A stretch of 64,000 bases of DNA, from assembly GCA_025558095.1 (NCBI GenBank), contig JAIVFI010000014.1, forward strand, positions 62,001 to 126,000, read 5' to 3'. The stretch is from Hyaloraphidium curvatum SAG 235-1. Its lineage: Eukaryota > Fungi > Monoblepharomycota. Below the pieces are notes generated by a model. That model saw only the letters and a program-made list of their open reading frames with translations, made no database searches and was not told the origin of the DNA. This document shows, one piece after another, positions 44,279 to 56,597 of this stretch. Position 1 is the stretch's first letter, and every line of letters starts with the position of its first letter. A program made the position numbers and the translations under genes.

Positions 44279-45385
44279 TCAAGCCCGGCGCTCCAGGATC
44301 CAGAGCTTTTCCACCCCGCCCTCGTACGGCTCGATGTCCACAACCTTCTGGACCCGCCAAGACCTCTGGAGCTCGTCGAAGAAGACGTCGTTGGCATTCG
44401 CTCCGCCACGGGGTTCGCCGACGTAGAAAAGAAGCCGGCCGGCATAGGCCTTTAGCGCCTCTGCCGCCAGCTTGGTCGGAGGCGGGTAAACCAAGAGGAG
44501 CGTCCGATCCGGATTCTTCGGAATGAGATCGTGCGTTCCTCTGATCACGTACGTCACCGGCGCGGCATTGGGATCGTCCTTGGGAATGTCCGAATAATCG
44601 TCGACGGCGAGCACGTCAACCCCGGCCTTCCGGAGCGCGAGTGCCCAGTGTCCCCTTCCGGCACCGATCTCGATGACCTTTTTCGCCAGCGACTTCAAAG
44701 CCGCGACGGCGGAATCGGTCGGCTTGGTGCACCCGAACGTGTCCAGGTAGACGCCGCGCAGAGCAGGCGTCGAGTTGGGGCCGTAGATCAGCGCGTGGGT
44801 CTTGCTCTCCGTCTCCGAAAGCAGCGCGGCCAGCGCCTCCTCCAGCTCCCTGTACTGCTTCGAATTGGGCGCCACGGATTTCATCGCTCCGGCGAGCTTG
44901 TGGTACAGATCGCGCTGGGTCATGAGGAGCTCGCGGAGCTGGTTCTCGGCGTCCTCGCGCCTCTTCAGGAGACGGAGGAATTCGTCCGACGGATTCCAGG
45001 GCGTTTCCGAGCTTCCGCCGCGGCCCTCCGCATGCACCACGTTCTCGTTGAGGAAGAGCAGAGACAGGGCGATCGAAGCACCGATGGCAGCCGCGAGAGC
45101 ACGACCGTTCTTAGGCGCCAACGGAATGCCGTTCGCATTGCTGGCTCCCGTGGCAAAAGAACGCTGCGTCGGCCCCACAGCGCGTAGAATCGGCATATTG
45201 CCAGAAGCAACCGAGGCAGAAACGAAGCTCCGGCATGTCTCCAGGCGATTCAAGGCGATTCGACAGACGCGATCCTGGGCGACAGTGGACCCGATGCCGG
45301 CTGTTTCCGCGGTGGCAGAGGGCCGGAAAGACATCCGCGGGACACTGCATCTCCACATCGCCGAAGAGCTCCGCAGCGCGGCCAT
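44279..45385 (-). CDS. Class I SAM-dependent methyltransferase-like protein, probably mitochondrial
   Basis: R/S-rich presequence-like N-terminus, one TM segment, a coiled coil, motif I VIEIGAGRGHW, and LLLVYPPP, YVGE. Confidence 0.72.
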   Translation of the reverse strand: MAALRSSSAMWRCSVPRMSFRPSATAETAGIGSTVAQDRVCRIALNRLETCRSFVSASVASGNMPILRAVGPTQRSFATGASNANGIPLAPKNGRALAAAIGASIALSLLFLNENVVHAEGRGGSSETPWNPSDEFLRLLKRREDAENQLRELLMTQRDLYHKLAGAMKSVAPNSKQYRELEEALAALLSETESKTHALIYGPNSTPALRGVYLDTFGCTKPTDSAVAALKSLAKKVIEIGAGRGHWALALRKAGVDVLAVDDYSDIPKDDPNAAPVTYVIRGTHDLIPKNPDRTLLLVYPPPTKLAAEALKAYAGRLLFYVGEPRGGANANDVFFDELQRSWRVQKVVDIEPYEGGVEKLWILERRA

Positions 45386-45520
45386 TGTGACGCGAAAGGG
45401 CGGCAGCGAAGGTTTTTCTACGCGCGCTGTCAAGCGGGCCAAAGCAGGAGGTTGCTCGGGGAACGCATCACGCATCAATCCGAGCTTCATGACGACGAAG
45501 GCCAAAGATTCTGTCTATAT

Positions 45521-47098
45521 CTAAAGACGAGCCTCGACAATCTCTCCCGGCTCGCCGGGGAATCGTTCCAACAGCGCCCGCCGCAAGCTGGCTATATCGC
45601 CATCGTCCAGACCAAGAATGTCCTTGTAGTAGCCCTCGAGATTGGCACCGTACTTGAGCCGAAGCTGCCTGATCGTCAGGAGCATCGCAATTGGCCTGAG
45701 CAAGGGTGAGCGGAGTCAGCACAAGTTGCCGCAAGGTCGCCCAGTCCAACCCACTTGGTGCTCCGCATGTTCTCCCACATCTGCCTTCCCTTGCTCTCCC
45801 ACTCGTCCTCCTTGAGCCCCAGAATGGGCTTGCCGACGTTCTCCATCCATTCCTTCCCCTTCTCCTCGGGATCGTGTCCTTCGAGAAGCAGGATCTCCGA
45901 AGCCGCGTAGTCCCTCGCCACGAGGTCGTCCGGCACGCCAAGGAACGAGAGGATCAGGCACGCAAGTATGCCCGTGCGGTCCTTGCCGGCGGTGCAGTGC
46001 ATGAGCCAGTTGGGAGGAGCAGTCGAGAAGGCTGGCGGGAGGAGGAACCTAGAAACAATGCGGGACAGCACCGAGCTGGCACGGACCGCCATCGGGGGGT
46101 AGACTTCCGAGAAGCCGGTTGGGCCAGTGGACTGCAAGCGCAATGTCGGCAATAAGCAGGTGCCTCTTTGGGTCGACTCGAGTGACTTACGTATAAGCCG
46201 AATCGCTGCGCCAGCGCGTCGGGGGAGTAATCCTCTTTAGCGTTCACCGGCGTGTGGTACCGGATCAGCTTGCCACCTGCGGCAAGCTTCTCGGGTATGC
46301 TGTAGGGCTTCTTTTCCAGCTCCATGTCGGAACGAAGGTCGTGCACGTGGCTGATACCGAGTACCCAGTGAAGATGATGAAGCGAGGACTCCGGTGCCTG
46401 TGAGATGCTGCAAGTAGGTTCCAACGTCAGTGGTGCTCCTAAAGACCACTAGACGTCCTCAAACTCACTCTCCACTGCGGAACATAATCCCGCGCCGGAC
46501 TCGCTTCCCGTCGCGCGTTGGGTACCCTCCAAAGTCGCGGATGTTCGCGATTCCGTCCACCTCGACGACATTGTAGGCTCCGTACAGGCGGCTCCAGCTG
46601 GAAAAGAGGCGTCAGCATTATGACGCCTTGGAAAGCACGTGTGACCGACATGTCAAGTCCCATCGTCGCCTCCTGAAGCCACTTGGAGATAGCCCTGCAG
46701 CTCTCCTCTTCGGAAAGCTTGCCAGAAACCGTGCACGCCGCAACGTCGGCGTTGACGAGCCTCACACGGAGCTCTGCGTCCTTGGCGGACTCGTCGGAGA
46801 TGACAACGGCGAATCGGATCGGCGACGGCCGCTTGCACACTGGCACGAGCATGTCGGCAGGCACAACAAGTCCGGCAGGAGGAAAAGGCAAGGACGAAAG
46901 GGCCGCTCGGAGAGTGTCGGGCGCCTTTGCCGCCGACGAGAGATCGACAAAGGCGAAGTCCTGCGCCGCGACCGACAGCGCCCGCGGCGACAATGCGGTG
47001 GCCACGGCGATGATGAGTAGCTCTCGTCCAGTGACCGCATCGTAGAATGTAGAAGGATACGGCACCTCCTCGCCGCGAATGAAGACGTGGGGCGCCAT
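45521..47098 (-). CDS. Tyrosine phosphatase family protein (PtpB/Y_phosphatase3-like) with an extra N-terminal domain; multi-exon
   Basis: NIRDFGGY, DLRS, P-loop HCTAGKDRTG and LGVPDDLVARDY. Confidence 0.85.
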
Positions 47099-47222
47099 CT
47101 CGGTTGCGCGGGAAAACGAGTGCCGAAAGGGATCGCGTGTCTTGTGAAGCGTCGAACGTTCGGACCGAAGAGCTGGGATTCCGGCCTCCAGCAAGGCCGC
47201 GAAGCACTTCGGAATCGCCGCG

Positions 47223-48407
47223 ATGGACTGGTTCGGAGAGAAGAAGGAGCGGAAAGGGCCTGCCCCCGTGGAGACGCCGCTGCCGCGTCTCCCTCACAAC
47301 AACATACACTTCCGGCTCCCGGTGGCAGGAGAGACGTTGGACTGCTTGTTCTACCCTGCTCCGGACTACTTCCACCCCCAGACCCCGGGGCCGCGGTTCT
47401 GCTACGTGTTCGGCCACGGCGGTGCCGACCACCAGCGGGCGAAATGGGTCCGGGAGCTGTGCCATCGCGTTGTTGCGGCGCAAGAAGGTTATCCCGGAAT
47501 ATCTGTCGCGACGCTGGACTTCTTGGGAAACGGGGAGAGCACGGGTAGCACGGTAGGTTCTTTCGACAATCGCCACTGTACTGTTCTGATCTGTCGCTCC
47601 TTTCATGTTCTGGACAATGCCGACCACATTCAACCACCATTCTCCTGTCTTTAGACCTATTCCAACCACGAGGCCGAGTCGCACCACTACCACGCGCTGA
47701 TCGCGGCCATCACCGACCCCAACCAGGCCACTCGCCCCATCCCTCATGCCGTGACGGTCCTTGCTTTGGGCGGCCACTCGAAAGGAGGAATTGCGGCCCT
47801 GTTCCATGCCGTCAACTATCCGAACGACACCCCGGACTGCATTCTCAACGCCAGCCCGTTGTTCTTCCAGCAGGGGAATCCCGCGAACAAGAACTTCTTT
47901 CGGAAGGGCCTTTGGGAGGAAATCAAGCGGACGGGAAAGAAGACCACGTCCAAGTATCGACATCTGGGAAAGTTGCACGATTAGTTGGGTTCTGCTGTTG
48001 CTTCGCGGAGTCATTGCCAACCTCGATCGCAGCTACATCACGGCGGAGGACATTGCGATCAGAGAAAAGATGGACGTTGCCGCGCTGACCGAGCAGGTCT
48101 GCAAGGTCAAGCCCGACATTCATCTCGTGACCATTACCGGGTCTGACGACCTCATCGCTCCCCCGGTGGTGAGTTTGGGTTTGGCACTTTCTGTGAGAGT
48201 GCTAAGTCGACATGTCGCCCGTAGGACATGGAGCACTACGCTAAGTACATGCCGCCCGGTCGCGCGGAGCTCTTTGTTATCCCGGATGTCGGCCATCAGT
48301 TCAAGGCCGGGCACGAAGTCGAGATGCTCGCGGGCCACATGCGAACGGGGCTCACAGATGCCAAGGAACGGTGGTTGCAGAAGCACGGAAAGCTCGCGAT
48401 GCTGTAG
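47223..48407 (+). CDS. Alpha/beta hydrolase (4 exons)
   Basis: HGG oxyanion motif, DFLGNGES, nucleophile elbow GHSKG, acid in GSDD and His in VGHQF. Confidence 0.82.
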
Positions 48408-48565
48408 CAATCACAGAAATGAATCTCGCTGGTTTCGGATGTGCTGTTTGGTTCTTCGGGGCGCCAAGACCGAACTTCCCTCCGCGACGGCGGGCTCTCG
48501 GCGGTACGTACGTCACAGAAGCGCCCCTTCAAATGCCGGCCCCGGGCAACCGACCTGGGACCGTA

Positions 48566-49794
48566 ATGGTCCTACGCTGGGTCCCAATAGCGGCGCTGCT
48601 CGCCGTTGCGGCCTACGTCGTCTTCGGCGGCCTTCTTTTGGAGCCTGTTAGGGACGTTGTGCCCGACGCGTCCGAGAACGCGAAAGCCGCCCCGGTCCCC
48701 CGGCCTCCGCCCCAGCCGACGGTACACGACGCGTTCAGGGGGGACCCGCCTCATTATGGCGTGTACGGAAAGATGGTGAACGAGGGGGATTTCGACACGT
48801 CCTGGTTCGCCGAGACGGAGGTGTGGAACGGAGACCGAAAGAGGCGTCACAGGAAGCAGTGGGAGCTGGCCTGTCAGTATCTCGCGAGGATTTCTTTCCA
48901 TGACTCTTACGTCGCTGTGCAGATATCAACTACATCGTCAACCAGTTGAATTTGGGCCAGTTCGGCAAGAGGGCGCTGGTCTTTGCCGTTGGAAAGGAAG
49001 CTCTTCCCTCGGTGCTCGCGTGTACCATGGGAGTCTCCGTGCTGGCGACCGACTTTGATCCGAGGAGCGCTGCTCAGACCGGGTGGACGGCGACCAACCA
49101 ATGGTCCGGCAAGAAGGACGATCTGTTCAGGGCGGACATATGCAGCAACCGTACCATCTTCGACTCGCGCGTGGAGTACCGCACCGCGGATATGAATCAC
49201 ATTGATCCTTCGCTCCATGGGAAGTTTGATCTGGTTTGGAGCACTTGCTCGGTCGGTGGGTGCTCGCTATCGATGGCCCTATTTATTTCTCCGCGCTCAA
49301 TCACTAGCGATTCGCAGAGCACGTCGGCTCCATCCTCCTCGGGCAGCGCTTCCTCATGAATACCATGGATCTTTTGCGACCCGGCGGCATCAGCATCCAC
49401 ACCGTTGGTGAGTTCTTCTCGCGGGGATGGCTTTCCTTTGCTAAAGCCTCGACAGAGTTCACGCTCTCTGACCTCGAAGACACTGTTGAAGAAGGCCCAA
49501 CCGTTCTATGGCGCAAGAAGTAAGTTTCACGCTTGACTTGCAGATCGATGATTGAAACGCCATGTCTGCCTCAGGGACATCGAGGCAGCGAACGCGGCGC
49601 TGACCGCCCTCGGTCACCATCCCTTCCCGATTTCGTGGGCTGCGGGCACGGGACCGCTGGATTCTGCCCCGGATGCGCCGCCGTACAAGCAGTCGAACCA
49701 TCTGAAGCTTTACCACGAGGACCGTGGGCGTCGTTGGATCATGACGAGCTTCGCCATGATCACGAGGAGAGGAGGGAACGAGCGGCAGCAGTAG
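48566..49794 (+). CDS. Signal-anchored class I SAM-dependent methyltransferase (multi-exon)
   Basis: N-terminal TM segment, then HRKQWE, FAVGKE, VLATD, ADMN, FDLVWSTCS-IEHVG and LLRPGG. Confidence 0.75.
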
Positions 49795-49930
49795 TTCAGC
49801 AGTAGTTGATCTTCTTTGTCTTGAACTGATTCATTGAACATCTTGACATCTTGCGTGAAGGCGAGAGAGTGAGAAAAGGACGCGCGGCGGCACTGTTTAC
49901 TGCCGCACGACGACAAGGTTGTCGTCTCCC

Positions 49931-51622
49931 ATGCTCCCGGGCTATGACCCAACCGTGAGCCCCTCGGAAATAATGCTCAAGGATGTCCGTCAGGATCCGC
50001 ATCCGCAGGAGGATCCGCCCCCCCTGGGTGCTACGACATCGGAGAAAGAACCTTCTACGCTTCCGGAAGCTCGACCGTCGGACAACGCTGGGGCTCTGCA
50101 AGCGGCGACTCCGAGCGCGGAAACTCAATCGTCGGGCAACGAAGTGCCGGTGGCGCTTGGAGAACCGGTCGCTCCACGAGATGCGGGGAGCTTTCTCGCC
50201 CGCTTGCCGACGTTGGACTTCCGGACAGTGCCAAAGCTCACCAGAGGGGGGGGCATCTCGAGACCGCTCGTTCTGCTCCTCGGGCTGGCAAGCCTCATCG
50301 AAGTCTCCAATCTCTACGTCTCGCAACCTCTCCTGAACGACTTCGTTGAGTATTTCAACACCTCCAAGGCCTCCGCGTCCTCCCTCGTGGCGCTGTCCCA
50401 GGCCGGCTACTGCATCGGTCTTTTCCTCATTACGCCGCTCGGAGATGCCATGCCGAGGCGTCTCTTGGTCATCTCTCTCACCGCGCTTTGCTCCGTTCTC
50501 ACGGTCCTCTGTGCCCTCGCTCCCAGCATGGTTGCGCTCCAGATCCTCCACTTGCTTCTCGGACTTTTCACCGTTGTGCCGCAGATTGCCATTCCTACCG
50601 TGGCGGATGTCTCCGAAAAGGGATCCATGGCACGTAACGTCGGCTTGGTCGTGGGATGTACGCTCATTGGCACGCTCTACGGACGGGTCGTCGCCGGCCT
50701 CATTGCCAACGCGCTCGGATGGCGGGCGGTCTTCTATGTTTCGACGGGATCGCAAGTGCTCATCCTCATCCTCCTCTTTTTCTTCTTTCCACAAATCCCG
50801 GCGGCCGACAGCGGACTATCCTATCCCCAACTGCTTCTTTCGTGCCTGAAGCTCGCTCGCAGCGTCGTCGTGCTCCAACAGAGTTTCTCCATCGCTTTCT
50901 TCTGCTACATAGCCATGACCAGCTTCTGGGTCACGTCGGTCTTCCTCATGGGGTCTCCCGTGTACGATTTGCCGGTCTCGACGATCGGACTGCTTGGTCT
51001 CGCTGGAATCGGCGGCATCCTCGCCGCCCCCATCGCGGGCTACCTCCCTTTCGATCCGCACACGACAATCATTCTGGGGATCTCGACGCAGACCCTTTCT
51101 TGGACGCTGGCACTCGCTGCCGGGACAAGGAACGTCGCGGTGCTCTTCGTATGCGCTTTCATCATGGACTTGGGTCGGCAGCTCCAGCAGGTCTCGAACC
51201 AGTTGCGCATTTACGGCGCGTTGCCGGGGCACAAGTCCCGTGCAAACTCGGTCTACATGCTCCTTGCGTACATGGGTACCTTCGTCGGGACTGCCCTGGG
51301 AACGTTTGCGTACGACCAAGCTGGCTGGAACGCGGCCGGCGCCGTTGGTTTGGTCGCTCTTGGAGCTGCGGCTGTGGGTTGGGCGTGGGTTTCCAGGGAC
51401 GGGGCGATCTGGTATGATCGTTTCCGCAAATCGCGACGCATTCAATACGAAGGAAAGGACGAAGTCGTGGCGCTGGAGGATGGTCCAGTAAACGAGGTGA
51501 AGTTGGGAGCCGAGATTTCGGTCGGGATGGCAGGAGAAGAGCAGGATTCCGGATCGGATGTTACCGTCGAGGGCGGAAACCCCAAAGGAGAGACTATCAG
51601 CAAGGTGGATGACGAGAAGTAG
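49931..51622 (+). CDS. MFS transporter (YnfM-like)
   Basis: About 12 TM segments, NLYVSQPLL, motif A PLGDAMPRR, GWRAVF and SRANSVYM. Intronless. Confidence 0.9.
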   Translation: MLPGYDPTVSPSEIMLKDVRQDPHPQEDPPPLGATTSEKEPSTLPEARPSDNAGALQAATPSAETQSSGNEVPVALGEPVAPRDAGSFLARLPTLDFRTVPKLTRGGGISRPLVLLLGLASLIEVSNLYVSQPLLNDFVEYFNTSKASASSLVALSQAGYCIGLFLITPLGDAMPRRLLVISLTALCSVLTVLCALAPSMVALQILHLLLGLFTVVPQIAIPTVADVSEKGSMARNVGLVVGCTLIGTLYGRVVAGLIANALGWRAVFYVSTGSQVLILILLFFFFPQIPAADSGLSYPQLLLSCLKLARSVVVLQQSFSIAFFCYIAMTSFWVTSVFLMGSPVYDLPVSTIGLLGLAGIGGILAAPIAGYLPFDPHTTIILGISTQTLSWTLALAAGTRNVAVLFVCAFIMDLGRQLQQVSNQLRIYGALPGHKSRANSVYMLLAYMGTFVGTALGTFAYDQAGWNAAGAVGLVALGAAAVGWAWVSRDGAIWYDRFRKSRRIQYEGKDEVVALEDGPVNEVKLGAEISVGMAGEEQDSGSDVTVEGGNPKGETISKVDDEK

Positions 51623-51668
51623 CTTTGTCGTGTTCAAGATCTCTCACAAGGTGGTGAAAGAGCAAATG

Positions 51669-53592
51669 CTACCGGAAATGCCCGAACGTGCCTTCGTCGT
51701 CCTCTTCATCGTCCTCCAGGCCCTCGACTTGTGTTGGGGATTCAGAATCGCCGTCCACGGCGCCCACCGTTTCAATGGCGCGGCTTCCATTGGGCTCTTC
51801 AGCGCCCGTCCACGCCGTTTTCTGTTCCGTCTCTGCCTCGGAATCAGACTCCTCGTCATCCGCAGCAGCCGCAATGCTCCTCCGCCTGGCAGGCATCGTC
51901 TTCCTCGGCGAGCTGGTTGGCGAAGCGCCACCGAAGGCTTGCTCCCATCCCCAGGTCCTGGCGTCCTTTCCCTCGTCCGGGCAGACGCACGGAACCGGCC
52001 AGTCTCCCGCCCGCAGCCGCACTTCGTCGCCTGGCCAAAGTGGCACCCGCTTGCGCGAGTCGAAGCTGGCCCAGGCCGGCGCACGCGCTTCTTTGGGCAC
52101 AATGAGCCGCAAATCGGCCACCTCCGGCAGGATAAAGGGCCGGAGGGTGAGTTCGTGCGGCGCGATGGGCGTGCAGAGGATCCCGCCGACGTCCGGGTGG
52201 ACGATGGAGCCTCCAGCAGAGAGGGAGTAGGCCGTGGAACCCGTTGGTGTGGCGATCACGATGCCGTCCGCCTGGATGAGGGTGCTGCGCTCCGACAAGT
52301 CCTCCGTGGAGACGCGAAGTTCGAGCAGGGAAAGGTAAGGGCTGGGTCCGCGGTCAATGATGAGCTCGTTGAGGATGTGGTAGGTGGTGCCGCTGTCGTC
52401 CTGGGAGTCTCTCGCTTGCAGCAAGCCGGCAGAGTACGAGGCCTTGGAGACCGAGCGCGGCGGCGGGGCGGTGCCGTCTGCTCCAGAAGAAGAGCTCGCG
52501 CCGCTGGAACCCAGCGGCGGTATCATCCCCGGGATTCCCCGCTTGAACATCTCCAAGGTGTCTCCGCAGCGAACGATGGTGCAAGCGAAGCGAGTGCGGA
52601 ACAGGATCCGGTAGCCCGAATTCTTCTGCACATCGCGGCATGCCAACGACAGCTTCCGATCCCCGATGCTCAGCTTTTCCGGCGGCGCCTGCGCGAGGCC
52701 AAAGATCCGCGTCAAGGTGGCCTGGTAGTTCCTCCAGAGGTGCGTGGCGATGACGCCGTGCGAGCGGCCACCCAGTCCCACCCCTTCCGTTTTGTTCTTG
52801 CTGACGTCGGTCCGGAAGGCGAGCATGGGCGGCATTTCGCCCTGGAAGGCCCAGGCAGCGCGGAGGGCCGTACCGTCTCCGCCGATGCTTACGAGAAGAT
52901 CGGCAGGCGCGGAAAGAAGAGGAAGAATAGGCTGCGAAGTCGGGAAAGGGAGAATGCTCGCGTGGCTACCGTCCGGCAAGAGGTGCGTAACATGAGGGTA
53001 GAGAGTCGATGGTACGTGGCTAGAAGCGGTTGCTCGGTGAGTCCGAAGGCAGTGTCGGGGCCATCGAGCCTTACATGTCGACGTCCTTGATGTGTCCGAT
53101 CAACCAAATGACTAAGTCGCTGACCTGTCCCATGTTCCGAAGCCCGGCGACGACCACGACGCGCTTCCGACCTCCGGCACCCTCGTTCAGGTCCACCTCC
53201 GCCATCTTGATCTCCCTCGCGATCTCGCGGAGCTCCAGCTGGGTATGCGAGAGTGAGACGGATGTCGACGGCCGCCTGTCCACCGGCGGCGTCATGGAAA
53301 GGGCCGTGAGGGCGAGCTGCGAGAAGGGGTCCTCGTTCGACGACGTGGTCCTGGACCGCACGTGCGGCCCCGTGAAAAAGTCCCGGGCTCCATCGCGCTC
53401 GCCGACGTTCGGGCTCAACGATTCCAACCGCTTGAGCAGCGATTCGGAGGATACGAGCGACGAGGAGTTGGTGCGGTTTCGGCCGAGGGAGAGGGAGTTG
53501 AGGGAAAGGGGGGCGGAACTCGCGGGGACGCGAGACGCGGCCTGCGACGCGTCTCCCGGCGTCTCCGTTGGAGTAGGAGCGTCCGATTCCAT
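51669..53592 (-). CDS. NAD(H) kinase (intron 53074-53020)
   Basis: GGDGT, ILNE, ADGIVIATPTGSTAYSLSAGG and TPIAPHELTLRP. Confidence 0.92.
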
Positions 53593-53803
53593 TTCCAGAT
53601 GTCTAACGCCGCCTCATGTGGGTTTGAAGATCCCCCTCGGCACTCTGAGGACCGAATCGGCTCCAAGGGATCTCGCGCCGCCACCGCCGATGGAGCCACG
53701 GAGTCTCGTCAGCTCCCTCGGGCGGTCGAAGGACTGCTTGTTAGGTCGAGAAGAACGTAGTATAGGGCGTGTTTCCGGGGGATTCGGTGGCTCAGAGGGT
53801 TCG

Positions 53804-54754
53804 ATGGCCTCGGAATCGCCTCCTTCCGGAGACCTCGTGGAGTTGGAGCACGATGGACTCGCCGTCTTCCATACAGCAACACGCGGAGACCTTTCCGTGC
53901 CTCCGATTCTCTTCATGCCTTACCCCCACGCCTTGGAGACGTCGACGTCCTTGCGTGTGCGCGACATCCTCCGTCACCTGTTGAAACCTGAGCACGGAGA
54001 AAGGCTGGCGTTCACATTCGACCCCCCCGGAGCGGGCCTCTCGAAGCGTCCCATGCGATTGTCCATGGAGGAGATGGTCGAGTGCGCGGACGAGGCGTTC
54101 GGCGTCGTTTGCCGGGCACTGGATGCGGACTGGCCCGATACAGACGTTTTCGGGCACAGCATGTCGGCCCTGGCCGCCCTCGCCTTTTCCATCGAAGGCC
54201 GGACCCGCGTGAGGAGGATGGTTCTCGTGGGACCGGCCGGACCTGCCGGGAGGACGTACATGAATGCGAACGGAGCCCTCTGGAACTCGTCCCATCCGGA
54301 CTTTTTCGGGCTGGCCTGGCGAGGCATGGTTGCAAAGTACATCTGGCCTTCAAAGGCGACGACAGATCATCTCATGGGATACATTGCGGAGCGGTCGTTC
54401 TTCGATCTAGCAAAGGCGCCGCCGCGGACTCCGTGGTCTTGGGCCGATCTTCTCGTTCGTCATCCCAATCCGCGCGCCACATCTTGGTCTTCCGTCGCCA
54501 TCAACTTGGATTATTCGGATCGCCTCGCTTCCTGCAGGGCGCGCGAGGTGCTTTGCCTGAACGGCGCCCACGATCCCCAGACGCCCGTGGAATGCGCGGA
54601 GGCCATCGTCGATGGGCTAGGTAGCAGAGCCAAGCTGGTCGTCTTTAAGAACTCAGGGCATTCGCCTTTTCTCGAAGAGCCCGCGACGTTCTGGGAAGCC
54701 GTTGATGGTTTCTTGAACAGCGGTAGCGCCGAAGGAATCCCGCGACCAAAATGA
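53804..54754 (+). CDS. Alpha/beta hydrolase (proline iminopeptidase-like)
   Basis: FDPPGAGLS, nucleophile GHSMS, GAHDPQTP and SGHSPFLEEP. The ORF extension upstream of 53804 is antisense to the NAD kinase and is not counted. Confidence 0.82.
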   Translation: MASESPPSGDLVELEHDGLAVFHTATRGDLSVPPILFMPYPHALETSTSLRVRDILRHLLKPEHGERLAFTFDPPGAGLSKRPMRLSMEEMVECADEAFGVVCRALDADWPDTDVFGHSMSALAALAFSIEGRTRVRRMVLVGPAGPAGRTYMNANGALWNSSHPDFFGLAWRGMVAKYIWPSKATTDHLMGYIAERSFFDLAKAPPRTPWSWADLLVRHPNPRATSWSSVAINLDYSDRLASCRAREVLCLNGAHDPQTPVECAEAIVDGLGSRAKLVVFKNSGHSPFLEEPATFWEAVDGFLNSGSAEGIPRPK

Positions 54755-55049
54755 GTTCCCCTCTGTAAAGCATTGATTTCAACTCCGAATGAATCAGCAG
54801 TTCTTGCTGTAGTGGAATTCTCTTTCTCAGGACCGTCCAACCGCTCGATGGGTGAGGTCATCGTTCCTCGGTGAATCACCTCACGCCCCATCTTCAACAA
54901 CCAACATGCGCTCCTTGGGAGGGGTAGTGGGAGGGGGAGAGTGACCCCTCCCACTCCTCGCTGTTCATCCTCTTTCTCCTCGTAGCCATTGTCGGAGTAA
55001 GGTACCCGCTCGCTTCGCAGTGCATCGGGCGCGCTCGCTGAGACCCCAC

Positions 55050-56374
55050 ATGGCGCAGACGTCCGCTCCGACGCCGACCGCGTCCGCCATCCCGACCACC
55101 ACCGCCGGCGTGATGAACTTCAGCACGTTCAACAACCTGCAGTTCGTGAGCAAACCTTTTCTTCGCGGGCGTGTGGTCGCAGGTCCTCGAGCTTCCACGG
55201 CGTCCGCAGATGGAACTGGGCGGGGTGCCGGCGTTCGGGGTCAGCTTCTGGGGCTTCATCGAGACATTCCTGCACTCGCCCGTCGAACTTGCCATCCGGA
55301 AGGTCGTGCAGGTAACTTTTTTGGCCTTGCAGAGCGCTCGGTGTCGTCCACCGGCCCATCTGATTGCGATCACTTCCAGGCGAGCGGCGCACCTCCCCCG
55401 CTCCCCTACGGCCTGCAATCCGGCAGCGCCTGGGGCATAAATGCGACCACCATGCGAGTCGTATACGCCGGGGATGGGAACATCGACGCCGTGGGCTTCG
55501 CGGCTTCGGCGCATCCCAGCATTCGCTGATCAAAATGGGCGCTGCAGAACTTCACCGTGACGGGACAGACTCCCTACGGCCCACGCATGGCGGAAGATTT
55601 CGTTGGCTTTTCGCAGGGTGTGCCGGCTTTCAACGGGACGGTGGATTTCGTACCGGTGCGGCAGGGAATCGATGCAGCCGAGGCTGCAAGGTGTGCCCCA
55701 GCCGCGATCGAGCTATCAGGTGCTGACGGGGAATGCTTCGCAGGCTTCCGGCATCGGGACAAGTCGGCGTCGTCAACCGCACGCAGCTCGCCACATCCTA
55801 CGTGAGCTTGGCGGCCCCGAGCGTGCTTGCCAGTACGTGCGTCGATCTTCGGCTCCGCAGATTCTTCAAGGCACTGCCGGAGGCTTCGGCAACTTCACGG
55901 GCGTCTCGTGGCTGGCGGTGTCGCCGGCCAACGGCGTGATCGACAACGGTACCATCATCTGGACCCAGAGCATCAGGGTGAGTGAGCCTCGCACAGTGCG
56001 CGAGCATCCACTCATGATCCGTTTCTTCGAACCGACATCTAGCCCTCTTCCGGATCGGGCGTCGAGACCTACACGCAGACCGGCACTCCCGCATCCCAGT
56101 CCGGTTTTCCAGGTTCAGCACCGAGTTCTCCGGCTCCGCAGTCGGCACCGGAAGGGTTGAATACTTGCTCCGCCGGCGTCCGCCAATCCCAACACATCAG
56201 AACTACACCGTCGTTGCGACCACGCCGGATGGGCCCATCAACAACGGCACCTACACCGTCAGGGTGTTTGGGGAGAGCCAGCAGGGGCGGATCACAGCCT
56301 GGCCCGTCAGGTACGCGATGCGGCTGCTACAGGATCAGCCCAGGAGGAAGACCTGGCTGCTTTACATGATGTGA
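55050..56374 (+). CDS. Intron-rich hypothetical glycoprotein (ends uncertain)
   Basis: At least 7 short exons bounded by splice sites. The joined frames carry many NxS/T sequons (NFS, NAT, NFT, NGT, NRT, NYT). Confidence 0.45.
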
Positions 56375-56597
56375 GCTGGTGCGCGGAGGTGTCTTTCGTC
56401 TCGTACATCCCTGGATGAGATATCAATAGCAACAGCGGTCTTCGGCACCGTGGCAGTTGGGCCTTTCGTCCCACCACTCCCTCGTTTTCGTCGGACGTGC
56501 CTGGCGCGCGTTCCGCGGGCTCTACTCCCCGTTCCAGACTCTCTGCTCCTCTGGCCCCGGTCTCGCCGGCCCCGCCGCGCCGCGCCTGAGCCGCCCG

